Shown: piece by piece, positions 50,490 through 57,825 of the stretch
Layout of the letters: every line of letters begins with the position of its first letter
Numbering within the stretch: the first letter of the stretch is position 1
NCBI GenBank assembly: GCA_014727915.1
Contig: WJMO01000001.1
Location: forward strand, 1 to 62,005
Direction: 5' to 3'
DNA length: 62,005 nt
DNA from: Candidatus Altiarchaeales archaeon
Lineage (GTDB): Archaea > Altiarchaeota > Altiarchaeia > IMC4 > SCGC-AAA252-I15
Translations under genes and position numbers: made by a program
Notes under the pieces: generated by a model
Told to the model about the DNA's origin: nothing
Database searches by the model: none
What the model saw: the letters and a program-made list of their open reading frames with translations, nothing else

Positions 50490-51329
50490 ATGGAAAAGGG
50501 ATTGAGAAAGGAAATTAAATTTTCAATATTAAGAAGATTAACAGGACGGCAAAAGCCTTCTAAAAATAGAATAATCGCATCTATAGTTATCGTTATTGTT
50601 GTGTTGATTTTAACTTTTTTAGTTGGATTTTATTTCAACCAGTTTTTAACTAAACCAAGTGCAAACGTTGTTTTCCACCCATATACCGGGGATAATGAGA
50701 GCATACACATCCAGATTACAAATGGCCCAAAAAAGTTAACAGATGTTTCCTTGAAAGTAAAAACATGCCATATGAATGATTTTGAGTATATTCCTGTTCC
50801 GGATTTAATCGAGTATGAAACATATCCCGTTTCCTTGAACGATAAAGAAACTGCTTATGCACTGAAGAAGATTTTTCAAAAGGTTGTATGCGACCCAATG
50901 AATACCAGCACAAATCCAGAGTGTTGGATTAAAACATATATAATAAATGGAACGGCTTATGCACCCCCACAAAAATTTAATAAATATCGGTGTGGTTACT
51001 GTAAATATACATTAATTTTAAAGTCTAATGAATTTTCAAAAAATATAACGGATTTCTTCTTCTCCCCAATCGAAGTCAACACATACAGCTTGGATATTAC
51101 TCCCGAAACAGTACTCGATGTAAACGAAGAAGAAATGGAATTTTTTAGCCCAATTGCAATCAGATTATTTAGTCCATATGATGTCTGCATGCTTGAAACT
51201 GATGGAAAGTACGAAAGATGTAAAGACCAACCAATAATACCAGTTATCCAGAAACCCATTACCATGAGCATATCCCCAACCAACAAATCTTTGGGCAATA
51301 TAACTATAACGATAAAACAAAACACTTAA
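50490..51329 (+). CDS. Single-TM hypothetical protein, AT-rich
   Basis: Basic N-terminus, one TM, Cys-containing external domain. Confidence 0.75.
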   Translation: MEKGLRKEIKFSILRRLTGRQKPSKNRIIASIVIVIVVLILTFLVGFYFNQFLTKPSANVVFHPYTGDNESIHIQITNGPKKLTDVSLKVKTCHMNDFEYIPVPDLIEYETYPVSLNDKETAYALKKIFQKVVCDPMNTSTNPECWIKTYIINGTAYAPPQKFNKYRCGYCKYTLILKSNEFSKNITDFFFSPIEVNTYSLDITPETVLDVNEEEMEFFSPIAIRLFSPYDVCMLETDGKYERCKDQPIIPVIQKPITMSISPTNKSLGNITITIKQNT

Positions 51330-51449
51330 GAATAACTGAAAATCATTAGAATTAATACTTGGATAATTGGGTGAGGGGCTAGGGTTGTGCCCCGCACCCT
51401 GGTTGCCTTCTCCGGACCCTATATGTTAAGCATGTACTCCTGAACATGA

Positions 51450-51469
51450 TATACTTTAATTAAAGTATA
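51450..51469. promoter_or_regulatory. Perfect 20-bp palindrome upstream of the AAA_14 ATPase gene
   Basis: TATACTTTAATTAAAGTATA, with flanking TGAAC/GTTCA. Confidence 0.55.
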
Positions 51470-51522
51470 GTTCAATTTTAGTAGGATATTTATTTAAATA
51501 TAGTTGATTCTAAGTATAATAC

Positions 51523-52686
51523 ATGTACGTTGAAAGGGATGTAGAGGAACACTTCGACAAGGTAACGGAGATATACAATATTGTCGCAGTGGTAGGAGCC
51601 AGACAGAGTGGTAAAACCACGTTACTTAGAAAGAAGCTGGGTGAATTGGATGGGGAGTATGTGACACTTGACGACCCTGACGCACGGGACATGTTCAACG
51701 AAGACATAAAAAAATTCGAGAAACAGTACATTGTATCAAATAAGATAACTGGAATCGACGAGGCACAATACGGACAAGATGCAGGAATTAAACTCAAGTA
51801 TCTTGCAGATAAAGGATACAAATTATGGATTACATCATCCAGTGAAACGCTTTTGAGTAAAGATGTTTTATCCCACCTGGTAGGAAGAGTTTCAATAATA
51901 AAACTCTATCCGTTCTCGCTCCAAGAAATCAAAAAAGCAAAAAAAACAAGAGAGCTAACCGATAAGATTAAGCAGAGATTAGTTTGGGAACACGCAGCTT
52001 ATGGCGGATATCCTAAAGTAGTGCTGGAAGACGACACTGAATCAAGAAAAATCATCCTTCGTGACTTAATCAATACAATGCTATTGAAAGACGTCTCTCA
52101 AACATTCTCGATAGACGACTTAACCAGCCTAGAAAAACTCGCAAAGTATCTGGCAGTCAACACGGGAAACATAATCAGCTATGAAAACATCACAAGCTAC
52201 TTGGATATAGCCTTCCAGACACTTAAAAAGTATTTGGATGCGATGGAAAAAAGCTATATCACAAAAACCATACAGCCATACTACACGAACAAAAACAAGG
52301 AGCTTACAAAAAAACCAAGGATATACTTCATCGACACTGGGCTAAGAAACACACTCATTAACAATTACCCAACAGACGTGCAGGGAAAAGACTTTGAAAA
52401 CTACGTACTAGCCGAATTACTAAAACAGGGACATCAGGTAAAATACTGGCGCACCAAAAGCAAAGCGGAAGTCGACTTCATCATAGAAAAAGACAATATT
52501 CTCATACCAATAGAAGTGAAGACAACTACCGCCAAAACCACATCAGGCCTTAAATCATTCATAAAAACATACAAACCGGAAAAAGCCTATATCACCACAT
52601 ACAAAAGCCGGACAAAACAAGAAGAGTATAACGGCTGCACAATCACGGCCACAGACATACACGGACTATTAAAAAACATATCGTAG
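51523..52686 (+). CDS. AAA_14 / DUF4143 ATPase (COG1373-like)
   Basis: GARQSGKT, IDEAQ, YGGYP, YFIDTGL, EVDFII...PIEVK. Confidence 0.9.
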   Translation: MYVERDVEEHFDKVTEIYNIVAVVGARQSGKTTLLRKKLGELDGEYVTLDDPDARDMFNEDIKKFEKQYIVSNKITGIDEAQYGQDAGIKLKYLADKGYKLWITSSSETLLSKDVLSHLVGRVSIIKLYPFSLQEIKKAKKTRELTDKIKQRLVWEHAAYGGYPKVVLEDDTESRKIILRDLINTMLLKDVSQTFSIDDLTSLEKLAKYLAVNTGNIISYENITSYLDIAFQTLKKYLDAMEKSYITKTIQPYYTNKNKELTKKPRIYFIDTGLRNTLINNYPTDVQGKDFENYVLAELLKQGHQVKYWRTKSKAEVDFIIEKDNILIPIEVKTTTAKTTSGLKSFIKTYKPEKAYITTYKSRTKQEEYNGCTITATDIHGLLKNIS

Positions 52687-52721
52687 GGGTTCGAACTATT
52701 TTGAAATAGCCCCGCCAGGAT
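52683..52721. repeat. 39-bp repeat (tRNA-Gln 3' end plus trailer)
   Basis: 38/39 identical to 57288-57326. Confidence 0.92.
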
Positions 52722-52827
52722 CCCACTCGCTTTCAGCTCGCTTATCCTAGGAGAGTTCGTGAGCCACCAATGCTTCGATGTGACCTTATTTAGCCCCGCC
52801 AGGATTATGCCGGAAAAGTCCGAATCC
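52707..52827. repeat. 121-bp structured repeat, copy 2
   Basis: One mismatch to copy 1; TAGCCCCGCCAGGAT at 52707 and 52791. Confidence 0.95.
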
Positions 52828-52916
52828 TCACATACGAATTAAGAGCATGTGATTATAAACCAGGGGATAGAGCGGGAGAAAAGTTATTTATCATAATAAG
52901 TAAGCATTCTAAAAGG

Positions 52917-54080
52917 TTAGATATAGGATAATCCTCTCTCTTTGAATACTTCCTTTGCAAATTCTTTAGTCAATCTTGGAACCTCTTTTTCTAATCCACG
53001 ATCCAATACAGAATCACACCGTACTATTATCTCTCTCGGAGTTCCTTGAGTAAGTTTAAATAGGTACTCCACAAAATCATCAGTGAAAGGTATCAAAGGC
53101 TCGTTTTTATATTTGCCTCTGACTCTATCGTAACTTAATCTCTTTTCTATTAAGTTGATGGTATCTTTTTCAGTTAGAGGATCTAAGGAAATCAATTCGG
53201 TTATTCTTTCCTTCAAGGCATTAATCGGTCCGCCTGTTTTTCTTTCTTTATCTCCCAAAGTAGTGAGCTTCTTCCATCCATCACTTGATACTGCGATAAA
53301 TAAAGCCATATTTGCAGCATTTGATTTCAGGCTATCTGGAATGGCAATTTGAAGATCATATAAACTTCTAAAAAAGGCTAAGACTGTTGATTGTTGTGAT
53401 TTTGATAAAACACTAAATAGATATTCAAATTCATCAACACAAATAACTAGGCTTTGAAATCCAGAAGAACCAAGAATATATAACAGACCAATCAGATACT
53501 CTTTGGCTATTCTAACTCTATCAATCTTTCTTATAACGCCTATTTTATTTAGTTCATTTTTCGTGGGTGAAACATCACCTACTAAAAAAGAAATTGCTAA
53601 GTTGCGTAAAGGATTTTTTCTAGCTGGGTAAAGTGATGTCTGGATTTCACCAGTGAATATTCTTTGAAAAACATTGCCAACGTCAGGATAGATTTTTTTT
53701 AATTCATTAATGGTGTCTGTTTCGACTTTTATCTCATCAAAGTTAATTTCTTTAAGAACTCTTTGTATGAAATCGACTTCAGGTTTGGAAATTTTTTCTT
53801 CAGATTGAAGTGTCAGGTAGATGGGATATGCCCCCTTATTGTTAGCTCTTTCTTTAACGTCTAACAAAGATAAGGTTTTTCCCATCCCATAGTTACCTAC
53901 AAAAAAAACAAGAAAATTAGTTTTAGATGTTTTCATACTATCCTCAAGAATTTTATCATACGTTTTCTGTTCCCTCTTCCGGCTGACAATCAACTTTACA
54001 TCGTCTTTAGTCGCAGTCCTGGATTTAAATAGTTGACTGTCTTTAAGACCATATTCTTTTTGAAGGAAACTATCTTTCAT
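52917..54080 (-). CDS. AAA+ P-loop ATPase (reminiscent of BrxD/DUF2791)
   Basis: GNYGMGKT Walker A, VICVDEFE Walker B, ALKERI, PFT...TQGTPRE lid. Confidence 0.82.
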   Translation of the reverse strand: MKDSFLQKEYGLKDSQLFKSRTATKDDVKLIVSRKREQKTYDKILEDSMKTSKTNFLVFFVGNYGMGKTLSLLDVKERANNKGAYPIYLTLQSEEKISKPEVDFIQRVLKEINFDEIKVETDTINELKKIYPDVGNVFQRIFTGEIQTSLYPARKNPLRNLAISFLVGDVSPTKNELNKIGVIRKIDRVRIAKEYLIGLLYILGSSGFQSLVICVDEFEYLFSVLSKSQQSTVLAFFRSLYDLQIAIPDSLKSNAANMALFIAVSSDGWKKLTTLGDKERKTGGPINALKERITELISLDPLTEKDTINLIEKRLSYDRVRGKYKNEPLIPFTDDFVEYLFKLTQGTPREIIVRCDSVLDRGLEKEVPRLTKEFAKEVFKERGLSYI

Positions 54081-54952
54081 ATTTTATCTTTTGAGTATTT
54101 GATATATATCGTTTTATAGTATTCATTTCCATGCTTGAATAACCTGTCTCCAATGCCTCCAAGGCCGATTGGAAGGCCAAGAGAGATTATATAATTATTA
54201 CTTGTAAGGGGGATTGACCTTAATAATTCATCAAATTGGTATTCTGTTAAAATCAGCCCATGATTGTTATAAAAATCTACAGCAACTAGTTCCCGTAATT
54301 TAGTAATATCCGCCCCACCTGCTTTTTCTGAAGGGGATAACAAATCATAGTTTTTGAATAGTATTGCTCTAAAATTATCACGTTTAGAGGTTACATCTAA
54401 ATCTCGCTTTGCTTCACTTAGCCCATTATTATTTAATGAGATGTATGTCCCTTTATTTTTCAATACTATTAAACCACAGCCATCCAACAGTCCTAGCCAT
54501 TTGTTAATACGTTCTTCTATTTGTCTTTTTGAGGGACCCCCTATTTTTGAAGTTAATTTCTTAAAGAAATCTTCTTTGGAGATAAAACCTTGAGTCTCAG
54601 TACTTTCAATCAACATAGTACTAAATCCTATGTTGTCATCCAATTCCAGTAGTAATGCTCTAAAAACCCTTAACGTCTCAGTATTATTCTGATTTAATGA
54701 TTCCAAAACAAGTTTTCCATTGGCACTTGGTTTTATCAAATCCTCATATCCAATAATCAAACCCAAATATCTGAGAGAAGGGATAACCATACCTCTAAAC
54801 GTGCTTTTTTCCGAGGTATCAGGATATAACCTTAAAACGCAGTCTCTCTGATTTTCCCTATCATATGGGTATTTGTCAAAACAAACTAGGGATTCGATTA
54901 AATGTTTAATTCTTATCTCCTTTATTATGGGCAATATTTTTTTATCTGTCAT
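54077..54952 (-). CDS. Hypothetical protein, probably tandem winged-helix domains
   Basis: PSLRYLGLI and WLGLLDGCGLI resemble wHTH helix-to-wing ends; ATGA-coupled on both sides. Confidence 0.6.
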   Translation of the reverse strand: MTDKKILPIIKEIRIKHLIESLVCFDKYPYDRENQRDCVLRLYPDTSEKSTFRGMVIPSLRYLGLIIGYEDLIKPSANGKLVLESLNQNNTETLRVFRALLLELDDNIGFSTMLIESTETQGFISKEDFFKKLTSKIGGPSKRQIEERINKWLGLLDGCGLIVLKNKGTYISLNNNGLSEAKRDLDVTSKRDNFRAILFKNYDLLSPSEKAGGADITKLRELVAVDFYNNHGLILTEYQFDELLRSIPLTSNNYIISLGLPIGLGGIGDRLFKHGNEYYKTIYIKYSKDKI

Positions 54953-55947
54953 GGTTTTAAACCATCTCCTACACAGTGATCATAAAATTTACAGTATTGA
55001 CAACCGCTCCTATCTTCAGGTAAAGGCGGTGAATTATCTTTAGAGATTATGTCATACGCTTCATTTCTCACATCTAAAAACCAAGTTCTGGCTTCATCAT
55101 CTATTGGGAAGATATATATCTGGGGGGAAGTAATAGGTTTAAAGAATCTAGTGTGCCGAGTAGGGAGGTAATACACTATCCCAAAATTTATATCTTCATT
55201 CTTTTCATTTTCGTAAGCTAATGCATAGCCTATGCATGTAAGGAAATAGTGATCTTCTATACCGCCAACCCCAGATTTTATATCACCGATAGCTTTAAAG
55301 TCACGTAATAAAAAATCTGGGCGAACATTTTCACTTATGCCTATCTGTTTAGGGTTTGGATTTAATAGTATGGGGTCTACTTTATCAAGAATTAGGTGTT
55401 TATGATCCAATTCGGTTTTTTTAGTTAACATCTTTCTATGGAAAAGTCTCGAAAACAACTCTTCTCTTCCAGCAAAATTCAACAACTTTAAAAATCGCTC
55501 GGGATTTTCTTCTTCAGTGCCACTAAGTCTTTCCAAACCGGAAAAATCTCCGGAATTATCTAGTTTAAATTCATTTGAAAATTTATCTAATTTTTTCCGT
55601 ATAGTACTATATTTGCCGATATTTCCCGCAGTTATAGATTTATCATGAGCATTGACGATATATTTTTCAGTAATAGTACCTGCCTTTCGCCCCCAAGTTG
55701 GTCGAGCAGAAGTGGAAGAAAGCCTATTTTTTCCTTTATTAAAATACAAATTTCTTCGTGATGGACAAAGTCTAGAGGAAATATCACTAACAGAAAGGGG
55801 ACGTATTTCATCAGTAGCTAGACCTAGAGAAAATCTTCCTGTCAAGAACGTATCTCGTTTATAACCCCTTAACTGTATATTTGAAACATCTTGATTTAAT
55901 TCCTTATCTGGTCGTGACAAGTTCCACGCTGTTATTACTTTATACAT
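54949..55947 (-). CDS. Cas4/Csa1-like PD-(D/E)xK nuclease with a 4-Cys Fe-S site
   Basis: LSVSDISSRLCPSRR, RPD, GDIK, GYALAYE, C-terminal CxxCxxxxxC. Confidence 0.82.
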   Translation of the reverse strand: MYKVITAWNLSRPDKELNQDVSNIQLRGYKRDTFLTGRFSLGLATDEIRPLSVSDISSRLCPSRRNLYFNKGKNRLSSTSARPTWGRKAGTITEKYIVNAHDKSITAGNIGKYSTIRKKLDKFSNEFKLDNSGDFSGLERLSGTEEENPERFLKLLNFAGREELFSRLFHRKMLTKKTELDHKHLILDKVDPILLNPNPKQIGISENVRPDFLLRDFKAIGDIKSGVGGIEDHYFLTCIGYALAYENEKNEDINFGIVYYLPTRHTRFFKPITSPQIYIFPIDDEARTWFLDVRNEAYDIISKDNSPPLPEDRSGCQYCKFYDHCVGDGLKP

Positions 55948-55965
55948 TTCATACCACGAGTTTTA

Positions 55966-57222
55966 TTAACTACATCTAAATTGGAGTATGTATTCTTCGG
56001 AAATTGGATTGGTGGAACTCCTTCTGATTGGTGTTTGAACTCTGTTTTTTATTGAATCACATATGGGTGTTTCAGCTAACTGCCATTCTTCTTCCTCAGC
56101 TATGTTTACCAATACCCTTGAGAGGGGTACTTTAATCCCAGATACTTCGGGGTGTCCTATAACGAATATGGCTTTTCCTTGAGGGTTTATTTTTTCTCGA
56201 AGTTCTCTGAATGTTAGCCTTATATCTTGGACATATGATAGGATGCTTTCAAGTCTTTTTTCAGACCTTGAACGAATAGACGTAACCCACCTAGATTTCT
56301 TCTCTTTGTTGGGTAGTGTTTTCTCGGAAATATCGTGATGATATGAGGCTCTGCCAATGATTGTTTTTCTGATAAATTCTCCATCATCCTCGTTTTCAAG
56401 ACCGAAGAAACGTGTCTGTAAAGAAACAGCCCTCCTATAATTGATGCCATCACCGTATGGGGGGGAGGTTATTACTAAATCAAAATTATCTATCGGCCAA
56501 CTGGAATTATTTTTTGAGTCACCTGTAGACAGTTTAACATTGGGGTTGGGAAACTTGGAGTTTGAAAATATTTTTTGAGCTAGAAGTATTTTTTCCACAC
56601 GCTTTTTGAATTTCTCCAATATCTCTTCCTGAGAGAAATCAGGGGCTACCGGTGATCGTTTTGAGCGAGTAGGGACTATCACTCCTGAATCAGCAGCTGA
56701 AACATCCCAGACCACTTGAGATAAAGCCGTAAAGAGAGCAGGATAAACATACTTATTTTGATAAGTATTAATCCAGTCACGTAAACTCATGAGATAGCCA
56801 TATACTTCATCTTTAAACCAGATGTCTCTATTTTCCCAGGAATCCAGGCCATTAAATGTTTGGATGTCTTCCGCATCTAAGTCTAAAGCAGTTTGTAGTC
56901 TTTTTAGATTCTGATTGTTCAACTTAGTCAATTTAGCTTTGGCGATTAAGACAGGAACCCTTAGTATGTCAACACCTGAAACACTGAATCCGTAGGATCT
57001 TGCAACCAGTAATGTGGTTCCAGAACCACAAAATGGATCAAAAACCTGTATTTTATCTGGTTCTTTATCAAATTCATTGCATGCGTTTTTTAAAACATAA
57101 TTCGCAATTTTGGGGGTCATTTTAGCAGGATATCTATGGATATGATCTGCATCAAGAATATCGTTAGACATACCCTGATTTAACTCTGTTTCTTCAAGAA
57201 ACGAAGATTCAAAATCTCCCAT
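55966..57222 (-). CDS. DNA methyltransferase, N4-cytosine type, alpha motif order
   Basis: HRYPAKM, FDPFCGSGTT (motif I) before ITSPPY (motif IV); start ATG 57222 or 57243. Confidence 0.88.
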   Translation of the reverse strand: MGDFESSFLEETELNQGMSNDILDADHIHRYPAKMTPKIANYVLKNACNEFDKEPDKIQVFDPFCGSGTTLLVARSYGFSVSGVDILRVPVLIAKAKLTKLNNQNLKRLQTALDLDAEDIQTFNGLDSWENRDIWFKDEVYGYLMSLRDWINTYQNKYVYPALFTALSQVVWDVSAADSGVIVPTRSKRSPVAPDFSQEEILEKFKKRVEKILLAQKIFSNSKFPNPNVKLSTGDSKNNSSWPIDNFDLVITSPPYGDGINYRRAVSLQTRFFGLENEDDGEFIRKTIIGRASYHHDISEKTLPNKEKKSRWVTSIRSRSEKRLESILSYVQDIRLTFRELREKINPQGKAIFVIGHPEVSGIKVPLSRVLVNIAEEEEWQLAETPICDSIKNRVQTPIRRSSTNPISEEYILQFRCS

Positions 57223-57311
57223 ATACAAGAATTGTACATACAAATTAAAATAAGTTCGATGGAAGAAAAAAAGGGGAATACGCAGATGTAGGGATTCGAA
57301 CTATTTTGAAA

Positions 57312-57384
57312 TAGCCCCGCCAGGATTCGAACCTGGGTCCGCGGTTCCAAAGACCGCTAGGATTGGCCACTACCCTACGGGGCT
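57312..57384 (-). tRNA. tRNA-Gln(TTG)
   Basis: AGCCCCG/CGGGGCT acceptor, GCGGT-CT-TTG-GA-ACCGC anticodon arm, CCAGG-TTCGAAT-CCTGG T-arm; CCA not encoded. Confidence 0.97.
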
Positions 57385-57442
57385 GAGTAGATTGTTCTTT
57401 CTTTTGGTACAGGTTTTCTTTCTTTTGAAGAAAGAAAAGGTG

Positions 57443-57590
57443 TGCGCCCACCGGGACTCGAACCCGGGCCATAAGCTAACCTCGGAACCTGTCCGCTGGA
57501 ACATTATTTTCCGCGGGCGCTTTTGCGCCCCGAAGGGGCGGTAAAAGGGTCCCTTGGAAGGCTTAGGTCCTACCACTAGACTATGGACGC
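57443..57590 (-). tRNA. tRNA-Gly(TCC) with 77-nt intron (57478-57554) at position 37/38
   Basis: GCGTCCA/TGGGCGC acceptor, TAAGC-CT-TCC-A[intron]A-GCTTA, BHB motif (CUUC/GAGG helix, 3-nt bulges, GGGACC/GGTTCC outer helix). Confidence 0.93.
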
Positions 57591-57619
57591 ATTTTATTGA
57601 TTTGATGTTATACGTGTTA

Positions 57620-57630
57620 CTGGTTTAAAT
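57620..57630 (-). promoter_or_regulatory. TATA-box-like element of the tRNA-Gly/tRNA-Gln unit
   Basis: TTTAAACCAG on the minus strand ~35 nt upstream of tRNA-Gly. Confidence 0.5.
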
Positions 57631-57654
57631 GGATTTTTATTCCATGTTCAGAGG

Positions 57655-57763
57655 GACCGAGGCTTTTAGCCGAGGTCGCTCACGCGTGCGCACGCAGCGA
57701 GGCGTGCGACTATGGACGCGTTTTGGGATTACGATTGAATATATACGGAATACTGGTTTTTAA
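57655..57763 (-). other. Duplicated tRNA-Gly promoter + first 12 nt fused to a GC-rich hairpin element (possible ncRNA or recombination site)
   Basis: GCGTCCATAGTC at 57719-57708 equals tRNA-Gly nt 1-12; upstream AAACCAGTA..CGTATA is also shared. Confidence 0.55.
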
Positions 57764-57825
57764 GCGGTTATTCTTTCTTTGTGGGCGGCGCGCCTTTCTT
57801 TATTTTTAAGAAAGAAAGGGGGTAG

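Larger units (their letters stand above)
50268..52721. mobile_element. tRNA-Gln-associated cargo cassette B (no integrase)
   Basis: AT-rich; bounded by direct repeats of the tRNA-Gln 3' end; same termini as cassette A. Confidence 0.7.
52707..57326. mobile_element. tRNA-Gln-associated cargo cassette A carrying a putative defence operon (no integrase)
   Basis: Strongly AT-rich; bounded by tRNA-Gln and a direct repeat of its 3' end. Confidence 0.78.

Noticed and set aside
50268-52827. CRISPR mini-array beside the Cas4-like gene
   Set aside because: The repeated 15-16-mer is a tRNA 3' end, the 69-bp interval is essentially identical in both copies rather than unique, and cas1/cas2 are absent.
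52917-57222. Complete BREX, DISARM or type I/III RM system
   Set aside because: Hallmark genes (PglZ, PglX, DrmA/B, HsdS/R, Res helicase) are missing.
52707-57326. Casposon, provirus or autonomous integrative element
   Set aside because: No Cas1, PolB, capsid, integrase or replication gene is recognisable.
57245-57576. Track ORFs of 75 and 68 aa
   Set aside because: They overlap the two tRNA genes.
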